Source of the DNA: Spirochaetales bacterium
Lineage (GTDB): Bacteria > Spirochaetota > Spirochaetia > JABEVK01
Direction of reading: 5' to 3'
Assembly (NCBI GenBank): GCA_037142615.1
Contig: JBAXAI010000001.1
Coordinates: forward strand, 352,001 to 416,000
DNA: 64,000 nt
The notes below the pieces were generated by a model. The model made no database searches. It worked only from the letters and a program-made list of their open reading frames with translations, and was not told the DNA's origin. A program made the position numbers and the translations under genes. Positions 47,201 to 57,787 of this stretch are shown here, piece after piece (positions within the stretch are counted from its first letter, which is position 1; each line of letters starts with the position of its first letter).

Positions 47201-49783
47201 TCAGGAAAACGCGGTTTCGCGCAATTGAGCCAGAAAAGTCAGCGCCTGAAGCGGCGTCAAGTTGTCGGGATCGAGCTCTCGAAGGCGGTCGCGGACCGCA
47301 TCGGGTTGAGGTTCGGCAGCAAACAGGTCCAGCTGGACGCGTCGAGCGGTTTGGGAGCCCGGTAGTCCTTGTTCGGGTGGCAAGGACTCCAGGATGGCCG
47401 TCGCCCGATCGACAACACTGCCGGGAACACCAGCCAAGCGGGCCACGTGCAAACCATAGGAGTTGTCTGAGGCCCCGGCGACGACCTTTCGGAGGAAGAC
47501 GACTTCGCGACCATCGTCCTCTACCGCCATGGAGAAATTGGAAAGAGCCGGATGACGCAACGCCGTGAGTTCGTGGAAGTGAGTGGCGAAAAGAGTCTTG
47601 GCACGGACGGTCTCAAGCAGGTATTCACAGATGGCCCAAGCGAGCGAAAAACCATCGCGTGTGCCTGTTCCGCGCCCAACCTCGTCCATGATGACCAGAC
47701 TCCTGGCCGTGGCTTGGCGCAGGATTCGAGCCGTCTCCTGCATCTCGACCAGAAAGGTGGACTCCCCTTTCGCCAGATGATCGCTGGCACCGACCCGACA
47801 GAAAATCCGGTCTACCAGGCCTACCTCGGCTCGGGAACAAGGCACGAAAGACCCGGTCTGCGCCAGAAGCACAATCAGAGCCGTTTGGCGCAGGTAGGTG
47901 GACTTCCCTGCCATATTCGGACCCGTGATGAGGAACAGGCTGTCAGAAGGATGAAAATGGACGGAGTTGGGTACGAAGGCCGCAGGAAGCGAAGCTTCGA
48001 CGACCGGGTGGCGGGCATCCTCCAAGAGCAGTTCCGAACCCGACTCGACCAGAGGCCGCACCCAGCTTCCATTCTGGGCGACCTGAGCCAGCGACGCCAA
48101 CACGTCGACTTGAGCCACCAGCGCGGCTACGGCGCCGAGTGCCGGCAACTGCAACTTCAGACCATTGCGCAGGTCGAGAAACAGGGCTTTTTCGAGCGTG
48201 AAGATCCTTTCCTCGGCGTGTTGCAGGCGGTCCTCCAGCTCCCGAAGGCGAGTTGTGGAGTAGCGTTCTGTGCCCAAGAGGCTTTGACGGCGCTGAAAAT
48301 GAGCCGGCGGGTTGTCCAGCTTTGCTTTGGAGATCTCAAAGAAGTACCCGATGATCCGGTTGTGTTTGAGCTTTAACTGAGGCAAACCCGCGACGGTTTG
48401 TTCCTCGGCAAGGTACGACTCCAGGACTTGCTGGCTGTTGTCGCGCAAGTTTCGCAGCTCGTCGAGTTCTGCCGAGACTCCAGACTGAATGAGCCCGCCC
48501 TCTCCGAGTTGCGGCGCAGGGTCCGCCAAGAGCGTCCTGGCAAGGCTGCCTGCCTCACGCTCGAGAGCTTCCCGATCCGAGGTCGTCAAGTCGTTCAGAA
48601 ACAGAAGGCCCTCCGGGTGCTGCTCCAGTACCGCGGCGAGCTCAAGCGCACGCCTCAGGCTTGTACCAAGCCCGACCAGATCGCGCGGTGAGGCTTTGTC
48701 CAGAGCCAACCTTGCCGCCAAGCGTTCGAGATCGAGGATACCGGAAAGAAGCTTCCGGAGTCGAACCAACAAGGTGGAATCACGGACCAGCGACTCGATC
48801 CTGTCCTGACGCCAAAGGATGGGCCCCGTCTCGACGAGCGGGAACTTTAGCCAGGACTGCAAAGTTCTCGATCCCGCCGCCGTGCATGTCCTGTCGAGAA
48901 CTTCAAACAGGGTGAAGGCCTTGCTACCGTCGCGGGCATTGGCAGTGATTTCAAGGCTGCGGGCGGAGTCGGCATCCAACTGCAATGAATCCGACGGACG
49001 GAAGACGGTGAGGTGGCGGAGGTGCCCCAAAGACCTGCCAGGGTTACCTCGACGCCAGTAGTCAAGAAGTGCTCCAGCGGGGACAGCCTCGGGCGACTCC
49101 TCGTGCAGCGAAAAGGCCTGCAGGCTGGCAACGCCGAAATGTTCCAGCAGCCTTCGGTAGCCATTTTGTCCTTCCACACGCCAAGGTTCGAGGGTCGTGA
49201 CCACCGTTTGCGGAAACCCAACCAGCAAGGCGGCAAAAGACGGCTCGTCGCGAACCAACTCGGCACTGACCAGGAGCTCGCGCGGCAGGAACCGTTGGAG
49301 CTCCCTCGCCAAGGCATCCTTCCACCCAACGGTGGAAAAAGCCGTTGCCTGAAACTCCCCGGTCGACAGGTCCGCCACGGCCACAGCACCTTGACTGGGG
49401 CCAACGTGCACAGCCAGAGTATAATTGCTTGCCGAAGTGCCAAGGTAATTGTCTTCGACGAGCGAGCCGGGTGTCAGAATGTCAACAACTTCCCGGCGGA
49501 CAATCCCTTTGCCCTCGCCCGGCGTGGAAACCTGCTCACAGATGGCAATGGAACGCCCGGCTTCCAGCAACCGTCGAATATACGAGGCCGCCGAATGGTA
49601 AGGAATTCCACACATCGGCTCATCCTGGCGGTGGGTCAGAGTGAGGTTGAGAAGTGCACTGGCCTCACGGGCGTCGTCGCGGAACATCTCATAGAAGTCC
49701 CCCAAACGAAAGAACAGAATCTTGTCGAGGTGCTTGTCCTTGATCTCTAGATACTGCCGCATCATGGGGGTGATTTCAGCCAT
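47201..49783 (-). CDS. mutS: DNA mismatch repair protein MutS
   Basis: TPMMRQY, FFRLGDFYE, TGPNMAGKSTY, STFLVEM, DEVGRGT and ATHFHEL; C-terminal clamp motif QLDLF. Confidence 0.99.
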   Translation of the reverse strand: MAEITPMMRQYLEIKDKHLDKILFFRLGDFYEMFRDDAREASALLNLTLTHRQDEPMCGIPYHSAASYIRRLLEAGRSIAICEQVSTPGEGKGIVRREVVDILTPGSLVEDNYLGTSASNYTLAVHVGPSQGAVAVADLSTGEFQATAFSTVGWKDALARELQRFLPRELLVSAELVRDEPSFAALLVGFPQTVVTTLEPWRVEGQNGYRRLLEHFGVASLQAFSLHEESPEAVPAGALLDYWRRGNPGRSLGHLRHLTVFRPSDSLQLDADSARSLEITANARDGSKAFTLFEVLDRTCTAAGSRTLQSWLKFPLVETGPILWRQDRIESLVRDSTLLVRLRKLLSGILDLERLAARLALDKASPRDLVGLGTSLRRALELAAVLEQHPEGLLFLNDLTTSDREALEREAGSLARTLLADPAPQLGEGGLIQSGVSAELDELRNLRDNSQQVLESYLAEEQTVAGLPQLKLKHNRIIGYFFEISKAKLDNPPAHFQRRQSLLGTERYSTTRLRELEDRLQHAEERIFTLEKALFLDLRNGLKLQLPALGAVAALVAQVDVLASLAQVAQNGSWVRPLVESGSELLLEDARHPVVEASLPAAFVPNSVHFHPSDSLFLITGPNMAGKSTYLRQTALIVLLAQTGSFVPCSRAEVGLVDRIFCRVGASDHLAKGESTFLVEMQETARILRQATARSLVIMDEVGRGTGTRDGFSLAWAICEYLLETVRAKTLFATHFHELTALRHPALSNFSMAVEDDGREVVFLRKVVAGASDNSYGLHVARLAGVPGSVVDRATAILESLPPEQGLPGSQTARRVQLDLFAAEPQPDAVRDRLRELDPDNLTPLQALTFLAQLRETAFS

Positions 49784-49846
49784 GACCCATCCTAGCTGGG
49801 AACCCTTCCCAGGGGAAGCCAGCACGAAAAAATCCGGCCCGAAAAC

Positions 49847-49874
49847 TTGTCAGGACCGGGCTTTGGAGTATACT
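49847..49874 (+). promoter_or_regulatory. sigma70-type promoter, probably yielding leaderless mRNA
   Basis: TTGTCA-N16-TATACT, 6 nt before GTG 49881. Confidence 0.6.
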
Positions 49875-49880
49875 GAAGTT

Positions 49881-50372
49881 GTGGCAGAATCGCTTCAGTT
49901 TCAAGAAACCCCCGCTGGTTTGTTTGTTCGGGCCGAGGGGCACATTACCGCCGCCATTTCGGCGGACCTCCGGGAGCTTGTGCTGGACCGACTCTCAAGA
50001 CCCCCGGTTCCCCTGCAGGTGGCTGTCGATCTTCAACTCTGCGACTACATGGATTCGACGTTCATGGGTCTTCTTGTGGGCTTTCACAAGCGTTTCAAGG
50101 TTTTGACGGGGCGACCGTTGACGATCCTGAGGCCCTCTCAGGAGTGCGTAAAACTTCTGACCGGTCTGGGAATCCTGAAGTTGATGCACCTGGTCGTGGG
50201 CGATGAACCGCCCTCACCCCTGACATGGCAAACCGTCCATCACGCCCAAAAAGCCTCACCTGAGATCATTCTGAGAGCCCATCAGAACCTGAGCGAGCTT
50301 TCTGACGAAAACGCCCAGAAGTTTCATACCCTCGAAAGCATCCTCGAACAGCAGGTCCCCAAAAAACCGTGA
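49881..50372 (+). CDS. STAS-domain protein (anti-sigma factor antagonist-like)
   Basis: VDL..C.YMDSTFMG.L motif, L..LG and a C-terminal IL.AH.NL.E...N..KF extension. Confidence 0.88.
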   Translation: MAESLQFQETPAGLFVRAEGHITAAISADLRELVLDRLSRPPVPLQVAVDLQLCDYMDSTFMGLLVGFHKRFKVLTGRPLTILRPSQECVKLLTGLGILKLMHLVVGDEPPSPLTWQTVHHAQKASPEIILRAHQNLSELSDENAQKFHTLESILEQQVPKKP

Positions 50373-50384
50373 TCCGAGAGCTCC

Positions 50385-50906
50385 TCAGCGGCTGAAGTCG
50401 GCCGTGAGCCGGGCAATCACGTCATCGGTAATGTCGGTGTCGGGGCCGTACCACACGATCGAAGTGTCCTTCAGGTTGAGCACGAGCCCGAAACCCTTGG
50501 AAAGCGCTGCCTGCTCGATCTCGCTCGTCAGGAGCTTCTGGAACGACCCATCCGCCTTGAGTTCCTCATTCTTCTGATTCAGGACCAATTGCTGGACACG
50601 GGCGTATTCTTTCATGGCGTCGGTGCGCTTAAGGATGTCGGCATCCAAGGTTTGAACCCGCGCGGCATCGCTCTTGGCTTTGGCGTCGTTGCGCTGGTCG
50701 TTCACCAACCGGATATCTTCCTTCATCTTGTCGATTTCTTTCTGGATGCCGGCCTTAAGCTCGTCGAAATCGCGGACGGGTTTCGTTTCCTTGTAAAACT
50801 GGGTGTAAACCCGGGTGATATCGACGACTCCGGTCTTGAAGAACTGTTGCGCTGGCAGACCAGAGGCGACCAGCACCAAGGCAGCCACCCAGAAATATCG
50901 TTTCAT
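50385..50906 (-). CDS. skp: OmpH/Skp family periplasmic chaperone
   Basis: Signal peptide, KTGVVD, coiled-coil body and DITDDVI C-terminal motif; follows bamA. Confidence 0.9.
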   Translation of the reverse strand: MKRYFWVAALVLVASGLPAQQFFKTGVVDITRVYTQFYKETKPVRDFDELKAGIQKEIDKMKEDIRLVNDQRNDAKAKSDAARVQTLDADILKRTDAMKEYARVQQLVLNQKNEELKADGSFQKLLTSEIEQAALSKGFGLVLNLKDTSIVWYGPDTDITDDVIARLTADFSR

Positions 50907-50918
50907 GAACGTGATCTC

Positions 50919-53531
50919 CTAGTATTCCATACCGAAGGCCACCACCAGCTTCATGTCGAGCACATCGCCGAATAGACCGTCGCCTTTGCTCCACGTGACG
51001 CCACCGGCGTCGATCTGGAAAGGCTTGGTGACAAAGAGCGACAGCGGGAACTGGGGACTGACGATCCGCGCTCCGGTCCCCAGAGAGAACTGGTGCGAGG
51101 AAAGTGGCACGTCTGTGACAGAAGTATAGGAACTGCTCACGTTCAAAAGCAAGGCATCGTCGATGAAAGTGTCCCACCACGCAAAGCTTCCCAAGTAGGG
51201 AATCGGTGTGCGGAACTCGGCACCGCTGACGAACGACAGCTTACCAGCGTTCTGGTACCCCCAGCCCCGGCCCGACATCATGCCGTCAATGTAGAGTTCG
51301 TCGGCAGGCTGCACGGCAAGGACCCCAGTGCCCCCTACCGGCCCCAGGAGGTTGCTCATGGCTACACGGGCCTTGAACACCCCGTCGAAATCCCAACCGT
51401 CAGCGACCGGTAGGCTGAACGCTTTGAAAAACCCATCCAGACGGGAATCGAAGCGCGTGTAGTGGGTCGAACCGCCCAGAAATCCGCCCGAGAGCGTGAC
51501 GGTTTCCGAGGCCAGAAAGCCGCTGGTCGGGTTGTACACGATGTCGCGGGTGTCCCAGGTGCCCTTGGTCCAGATCTGGTTCGACCACAGCCACTGACCA
51601 AGATTCTCGCGGAGCGACTTGTTCGCAGGCCGGTAGGCGTTCGCGTCGTAGTAAATCGACTGGAGTGTCGTTTTTTCGCCCGTGCCTACGCTGAAGCGTC
51701 CCACAGGAGTGAACAACGAGTACCCCGTGTTGACTCCCAGGTTGAACTGCAGCGAATCGTACTGCATTTGGGCACCCTTTTTGAGGGTACCGTTGGCTTG
51801 ATCGTACAGATACTGGGTCTCGAGGCCGTAGGTCGCAATGTCAGAGTCACTCGGGACCCCAGGGAAGATCTGACCAGCCGCGTAGGCAACATTGTTGTAG
51901 GTCTTATCGGCGCTGAACACGTACGTCGTCTTGTCGTAGGGGTCGGGAATATCGCCGGTGGTATACACGGGCCCCAGAATGTCCTGGTCGACCTTGGAAT
52001 TGATGGTGTGGCTGAAGCCAAACTGACCGCCGAGGGTGATGCGCTGACCCAGCAGCCAGTTCTCGTTGTACGACAGGTTGAGATTCTGGCTCACCGGTGA
52101 AATCGTGGAATCGACGCCGATGGTCTGACCGGTGCCCATGAAGTTCTTATCCGACCACTTCACGTTGGCAGATACCGGAAAGTCAGAACTGCCGGAGAAG
52201 GTCAGGCCAAACGCGATATCGGCCGTTTTGCCCTCCTCCACGTTGAGGATCAGGTCCATGAGGCCATCGGCCGAACCCTGGGGGGTTTCGGGGCTGATAG
52301 TCGAAAAATACTGCAGGTTGTAAAGGTTACGGATCCCCGTGATGATCTTGGACTTGCTGAACACGTCGCCGACTTCGACGGGCAGCTCGCGCAGCACCAC
52401 GTTGTCATGGGTCTTCGTGTTCCCCCGCACCAGAATGTTCTCGATGTGGGCCCGGGGACGCTCGACGATGGTCACCTCGTAGCGGAGGGTGTTTCCTTCG
52501 CGTATCTCCTTGCGGGAAACCGAGTTGAAGATGTAACCGCTTTCGAGATAGATATCGATGACACGCTGGTAGTCGGCCTCGAGCCGTTCTTTGTTGAGCG
52601 TCTTGCCCGACGACTGCCGCAGCAGCGCGTTGAGTTCGCTGGTTGAGAAAATCTTGTTGCCCACATAGGTGAAACCACCGTAGTTCCACGGGCTCCCCTC
52701 GTTGACAGTAAGGACGATGGTGAGGACATTCCTTTCGGAAGCCGTGTCGAAGGTGATGGTTTTTTGCGTGTCGACGACGCGGGCATCGATGTAGCCGCGG
52801 TTCCAGTAGTAGTTTTCGATGCTACGGAGGTCCTTAACGAACGACGCTTCCTTGAACAGTCCCTGGTCGAAGAAAGACTGCGCTTTGGTGTCCATAACCG
52901 ACAACAACGCCGAGTCCGACGCGAATGAAAGTCCCTTGAACTCTATGGCCTTAACCGCAGTTTGAAGCCCCTCGTCGACCTGGAAGACGACCTTGGACCG
53001 GGTGTCACTCAGGTCCTGAATGCTGGAGTTGACCTTGGCGGCGAGAAAGCCCTTGTCCCGGTAGAGATTCAGAACCGCCGCTTCGTCGGTGGCCACCTTG
53101 TCGGTGTTGATCATGTCGCCTTTTTTGATTGTCACGACGGCTTGGAGGTCCGCAGAACGAAGCTTCGAGTTGCCCACGAACTCAATTTCGTCGACAAGAG
53201 CCTTTTCCTGGACTTTGAAGGACAAAACCACCGCAGACCCGGCTTCGTTTCCTTTGAGTGCCGTGGGCACGATAAGACCCTGAAAAAAGTCGAGGCCATA
53301 TAGCGCATTCTGGAGCTCCTGAAACAGCTCGTCGGAAAACGGCTTGCCGAGGAAAGGCTTGAGGACACCGTCAATCTCGGACCGCGCGACGGTTACCAGT
53401 CCTTCGAACCGGATGTCGGTGATGGGCTTACCCAAGTACCAGGCGTCGGTCGAGGCAGCTGGGGTCTGGCCCCCAACGGGAACCAGCACAGCCAGCAGGG
53501 TGGCCAGCAACAGAAAGCGGTGAAACTTCAT
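50919..53531 (-). CDS. bamA: Outer membrane protein assembly factor BamA
   Basis: Signal peptide, five POTRA-like repeats (IEF.GN, Y...G[FY]..A.V, GNTKT.D.V.LRE), NF.G.GQ barrel start and terminal aromatic residue; SD AAGGAG. Confidence 0.96.
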   Translation of the reverse strand: MKFHRFLLLATLLAVLVPVGGQTPAASTDAWYLGKPITDIRFEGLVTVARSEIDGVLKPFLGKPFSDELFQELQNALYGLDFFQGLIVPTALKGNEAGSAVVLSFKVQEKALVDEIEFVGNSKLRSADLQAVVTIKKGDMINTDKVATDEAAVLNLYRDKGFLAAKVNSSIQDLSDTRSKVVFQVDEGLQTAVKAIEFKGLSFASDSALLSVMDTKAQSFFDQGLFKEASFVKDLRSIENYYWNRGYIDARVVDTQKTITFDTASERNVLTIVLTVNEGSPWNYGGFTYVGNKIFSTSELNALLRQSSGKTLNKERLEADYQRVIDIYLESGYIFNSVSRKEIREGNTLRYEVTIVERPRAHIENILVRGNTKTHDNVVLRELPVEVGDVFSKSKIITGIRNLYNLQYFSTISPETPQGSADGLMDLILNVEEGKTADIAFGLTFSGSSDFPVSANVKWSDKNFMGTGQTIGVDSTISPVSQNLNLSYNENWLLGQRITLGGQFGFSHTINSKVDQDILGPVYTTGDIPDPYDKTTYVFSADKTYNNVAYAAGQIFPGVPSDSDIATYGLETQYLYDQANGTLKKGAQMQYDSLQFNLGVNTGYSLFTPVGRFSVGTGEKTTLQSIYYDANAYRPANKSLRENLGQWLWSNQIWTKGTWDTRDIVYNPTSGFLASETVTLSGGFLGGSTHYTRFDSRLDGFFKAFSLPVADGWDFDGVFKARVAMSNLLGPVGGTGVLAVQPADELYIDGMMSGRGWGYQNAGKLSFVSGAEFRTPIPYLGSFAWWDTFIDDALLLNVSSSYTSVTDVPLSSHQFSLGTGARIVSPQFPLSLFVTKPFQIDAGGVTWSKGDGLFGDVLDMKLVVAFGMEY

Positions 53532-53548
53532 TCGGTCTCCTTCGATCA

Positions 53549-56500
53549 TCAATAACTCCAAACCCACTTGAACGTTACGGTATTGTCGGAAACAAAGAGG
53601 GTTTCCGGGTGCTGGGGCTGCATGGTCCAGTTCAAGCCGAAGAACGGCGTCTGGAAGTCCATGGAGATCTCAGGCTCCACCAGCAACGGGGTGGTCTGCT
53701 GTTGGGAAACAACGGTGTTCTGCCGGAACGCGACGCTCCCTTGGAGGAACAGATCGTCGCCCAGATACTTTCCGAAAAACACCCGTGTGTTGTCAAGATA
53801 ATCGGATGCACCCAGCGGGGCATTTCCGCCCAAAAGCGACTTTTTCAGGATCTCAGTCTTTACCGAGAAGAGGTCCAGGCTGAAGTTCTTCTTCACAGAC
53901 TCCTCAAAAGGCTTGAGGAGGAAGCTCGTTCCAACGTCGGAGGCCAGGGAAAGGGCCGTCTTGAGTCCTGTTGTTTGGGCGTAGTCGGTGGGCAGCGACA
54001 AGGTGTTGCCGACCAATTGCTGAAGTTCCTCGGGAGTGCGGTAGGGGTCGGAAGTAAACCGGGGGCTGAACTTGGAAAGCGGGCTGTCGCCGCGAAGGGT
54101 GATGGTCATCGGTCCGGTGTCCGTACGGGTCTTGAGCTCGGCGCGCACCACCAGTCGCGGATCGATGCCGTTTTCGTCATCGTTGAAAGTCACCGAACCC
54201 TCCCTGAGCGTAAAGGTCTGGTTCAGGTAATTGAGCTCACCTGTCTTAAGGTCGAGCTTGCCGATCAGCGCGAAATCGTTGACCGCTTCGTTCCAGTGGA
54301 TGAACAGCGACTGGTTGGTCGCCATGACAGCCCGCAGCACAGGAAACTGCTGGCTGGGAAAAACAAACTCAACGTTTCGGCCGGAAACCACTGTCAGATC
54401 GGAATTGATGCCAAAGTAGTCGCCACCCGAGGGGATGTAGCTGCCCTGCGCCATCGAAACGACCGAATCGTGAGCTGTCATCTTGCCGCCCAGAATGAGC
54501 GAGGTTGGATTGCCTTTGACCGTCAGCAACCCCGTCGCTATTCCGTCGGCCCGGATCCCCATGCCCAAGTAGCTGTAGGGCAGCGACGAGGCTACGTCGG
54601 TCTCGAGCGAAAGCTGGTATTCCTGGGGAAGCAGGTGGTCGAGCGCGGCGAGCCCGGAGAGGGTCCAGATCTGGCCGCTGGGGCCGATGTTGCTTGGAAC
54701 AATCTTGAGACTGCGCCCAAGGAACTCAAGGTTCACCGTCACCGGACCAATGGTCTGTCGGATATAGGGGGTGTCGAACACCAATTCTGCGACGCTGCCC
54801 TTCCCGGTAATCTCGGGGTCGGTCAGGAGCCCGGCGACGACAAACGAACCCGAGAGAATACCGGCTTTGAGGTTGAGCAACCGCTTGTCGGGCAGTTCGC
54901 GCAAAAGCGCGAGGTCCAGACGGGCGTCCTCAATCTGGAGTTGCACCTTGCCACCGGCCAACCGACCCGAAGCGTGGCCCTGCAAGGGGAACGGCAGCTT
55001 CGCCTGAGCCACCAACCGGCCGTCCAGGTCGCCTTCCGCCGACGCCGAGCCATCGTCGAGCGCCAGCTTCCACAGGCCTTCGTCCAGCGAGGCGGACAAA
55101 CTCCAGTCCGGCATCTTGTTGCCTGAGAGTGCCACTTGGGTCGCCTTCAGACCGGTGGAAAGTGACGGGGAAAGGGTTCCCGCGTTCCAGGTTCCCCGAT
55201 TGACAACTTGGGCCGACCAGCGGTTGGTCCCGAACCGGAGCGTGGTAGGCAAGGTGGCGGCCCAGGCCCGGATTCCCAGATCGAGGTCGAGCGTGCCGTC
55301 GGCAATGGCCAGCGGGTCCAGCGCGACCTGAAGCTGGTAGAGGTGCGCCTTCGTGAGCGAACCTTCGGCGTTGAACTTGAGTCCCAGAGGGCTGTCACCC
55401 CAGTGGGCCTCGGAAACGGTAGCCGCGACGGTCCAGGTAGAATCTGCACCCTTCAGCTCAAGGTTGCCCTTGGCTGCAACCCGTCCACGGAATGGAGCCG
55501 AAATCCAGCGGCCCAGGTCGAGGCGTGTTGTCGTGAACGTCACCTGGCCTACTTCCCACGAACTGAGATTCCAACCGACATCGATCGCCTCGGTTCCATC
55601 CAGTCCCTGCAAGGAAAGGCTGCCAACCCACGGGGTGCCGAAGTCGAGATTCCAGTTGCCCGAAACCGTGCCCTGAAGACGGTTGTGCGAGTCCCGGAGT
55701 GAAACCGACGTGAAGGTCGCCGCGTCGCCCTGGATCACTCCCTGGGTCTGCAGGAAGAAAGGCTCGGCGTTCCAAGGGTAAACCCCTTCGAGGTCTGCCT
55801 TGTCAAACTGTAGGGCAAGTCCCGAACTGCGACGCTGCGCCGTCACGTGGAACCCCGTCTTGAAACCACCGGGGACGAGCAGCTCATCCAGCTTGAGTTC
55901 ACCGTCCCAGTCAGCGAGTGTCACGTCACCGTCCTGAGGGACGAACCAACCTGCCAAACCGTGAGAACCGCTGAAGGAAAGGCGGTGGCCCTCGACGTCG
56001 TAGAGTCCTGTCACATCAAAGCGCTGGCCCCAAACCCCAGCCTGTAGTTGCCACGACAGCAAGGAGGAAGACTGAAGGTCCGCCTGCAAGTCTGCCGTGA
56101 AGTCCAGTCCGTCCCAATGAAAAATCCCGTTCTTGAGGCGCAGCAGGCTATTTTGGAAGTCGGCCGAAAACTGCCCGGTACGCTCGGGTGTCGCCGGATC
56201 GGCAAAGCTCACATCAAGGCCCAGCAGCGACCAGGACCCGGGTCCGAAGGACGCCGAGCCCTTTCCCTGCACGACGAAAGCAGCCAGGTCGGCCGGAAGG
56301 TTGACGGTCTGATGGATTCCCTCGGCCAGCTGCGCGGCAAACGACAACGGAAGATCAGTAACCTGAAAGCTGACCGGAAACACTTGGTCGACGAGACTTC
56401 CTTTGCCGCCCAGAACGATGCGGGTCGCAAGGCCTTGGCTGTCGTGAAACGCCTCTGCCGAGCCCGCTACCAGGTCGCCGTCGCGTTCAAACCACCCGGT

Positions 56501-57787
56501 GACGGTCCGGAAGTCCAGGTTCTGCCAGCGAAGCTCGTCGCTGGTGAAGTTGACCGTGTTGCCCGATCTGGTGAGTTCGGCCGAACCGGAAACCGTCCCA
56601 AAACTTTGGTCAGTCCAGTGGTCAAGCACCAGATGTCCGTCGGGAAGCCAGGAATCGGTGCTGAGAGTTCCGTCAAACGACGCACCCAGAACCGGCGACT
56701 CGAACGAGGTCTCCTGGAAGGTCACCACCCCGGGAACCGCATTCACCTTTCCCCGGACAACCGAGGATTCGAGGAGCAGTCCGGTGCTGTCGAGACCCGA
56801 AGGAAGGCCTGCCTCACCGTTGGCCTGAAAAGCCCATGCCTTCAGGTCGTTCGAAAGCTGCAGCGAAAACTGCCCGGTCAGCGTTGTCGCCAACAGTTTC
56901 GAGACCACTTCAGACTGCTTCCAGACGATGAGTTGACTGGGCTGAAAATGGTCGGCCGTAACGCCGATCGAGGTCTCCTGGGTCTGTGTATCGTAGCGAA
57001 TGCGGAAGTCGAACGGCAGGCTGTCCTGCACCTTTACAAGCTCGACTTCGCTCGGGTTGATGCGAAGTTGAACGTGAAGTGGAGCCAGGTCGAGAAGGTT
57101 GCTGGTGACCCGGGAGGTTCTTGCCTGGATGGAAAGCACGTTGAACTGGGGGTTGGTCTTGAGGTCGCCGTCAAATTGGCCTTGCACCTGTTTGAGGAGG
57201 TTCCCCTTCGTGGGAAACGCGGCTTGAACCTCACCCCGGAACATCAGGCGGTAGTCCGAGCCTTCGCGGGTAAACTGAAAAAAGCCCCGCTCAAGGCCCA
57301 ATGTTTCTGTAGGGCTGTTCCAGGCCAGCGAGACATTGAAGCCTTCGATAGGAGGAATTGAGCCTTGCTGGGCCGGCGCTGCGAGATAGGCTCTGACCCG
57401 ATCCAGAAGTTCGCCATCGAGTCTGGGGTCCAGCTCGACAGAGCCGTTGATAATCTGAACCCGCTGAACCAGGTCATCGAGTTTTCCGGTCAGGAAGGCG
57501 GTCCAGTTCCAGCGCAGGCGTACTGATGCCGCCTTGACCACGGTGTGCCCTTGAGGCGTCGACACTTCCACCCCAAGGAACTCGAACGCTTCCAGAATGT
57601 TGGGCGAAAGCGATTGATAGTGGAAGGTCAGGCCGACCTGACGTTCCAGTTGCTGGACAAAAGAGTCTTTTTGCGTGGTCATGAAACCGTCAAGTTGCGA
57701 CCAGATGCGGGGAGTCAGGCTCAAGACGCCGACGGCGAAGATTCCCGCAACGACCAGCACCAGGACTCTCAGCGGAGAAGTCTTCAT
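53549..57787 (-). CDS. tamB: Translocation/assembly module TamB (AsmA-like) protein
   Basis: N-terminal TM anchor, about 1400 aa of beta-taco-like sequence, C-terminal DUF490-like region (F.L.EG...F, DP.L...AE, F.SDP, FGKYLG.DLF); directly upstream of bamA. Confidence 0.88.
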   Translation of the reverse strand: MKTSPLRVLVLVVAGIFAVGVLSLTPRIWSQLDGFMTTQKDSFVQQLERQVGLTFHYQSLSPNILEAFEFLGVEVSTPQGHTVVKAASVRLRWNWTAFLTGKLDDLVQRVQIINGSVELDPRLDGELLDRVRAYLAAPAQQGSIPPIEGFNVSLAWNSPTETLGLERGFFQFTREGSDYRLMFRGEVQAAFPTKGNLLKQVQGQFDGDLKTNPQFNVLSIQARTSRVTSNLLDLAPLHVQLRINPSEVELVKVQDSLPFDFRIRYDTQTQETSIGVTADHFQPSQLIVWKQSEVVSKLLATTLTGQFSLQLSNDLKAWAFQANGEAGLPSGLDSTGLLLESSVVRGKVNAVPGVVTFQETSFESPVLGASFDGTLSTDSWLPDGHLVLDHWTDQSFGTVSGSAELTRSGNTVNFTSDELRWQNLDFRTVTGWFERDGDLVAGSAEAFHDSQGLATRIVLGGKGSLVDQVFPVSFQVTDLPLSFAAQLAEGIHQTVNLPADLAAFVVQGKGSASFGPGSWSLLGLDVSFADPATPERTGQFSADFQNSLLRLKNGIFHWDGLDFTADLQADLQSSSLLSWQLQAGVWGQRFDVTGLYDVEGHRLSFSGSHGLAGWFVPQDGDVTLADWDGELKLDELLVPGGFKTGFHVTAQRRSSGLALQFDKADLEGVYPWNAEPFFLQTQGVIQGDAATFTSVSLRDSHNRLQGTVSGNWNLDFGTPWVGSLSLQGLDGTEAIDVGWNLSSWEVGQVTFTTTRLDLGRWISAPFRGRVAAKGNLELKGADSTWTVAATVSEAHWGDSPLGLKFNAEGSLTKAHLYQLQVALDPLAIADGTLDLDLGIRAWAATLPTTLRFGTNRWSAQVVNRGTWNAGTLSPSLSTGLKATQVALSGNKMPDWSLSASLDEGLWKLALDDGSASAEGDLDGRLVAQAKLPFPLQGHASGRLAGGKVQLQIEDARLDLALLRELPDKRLLNLKAGILSGSFVVAGLLTDPEITGKGSVAELVFDTPYIRQTIGPVTVNLEFLGRSLKIVPSNIGPSGQIWTLSGLAALDHLLPQEYQLSLETDVASSLPYSYLGMGIRADGIATGLLTVKGNPTSLILGGKMTAHDSVVSMAQGSYIPSGGDYFGINSDLTVVSGRNVEFVFPSQQFPVLRAVMATNQSLFIHWNEAVNDFALIGKLDLKTGELNYLNQTFTLREGSVTFNDDENGIDPRLVVRAELKTRTDTGPMTITLRGDSPLSKFSPRFTSDPYRTPEELQQLVGNTLSLPTDYAQTTGLKTALSLASDVGTSFLLKPFEESVKKNFSLDLFSVKTEILKKSLLGGNAPLGASDYLDNTRVFFGKYLGDDLFLQGSVAFRQNTVVSQQQTTPLLVEPEISMDFQTPFFGLNWTMQPQHPETLFVSDNTVTFKWVWSY

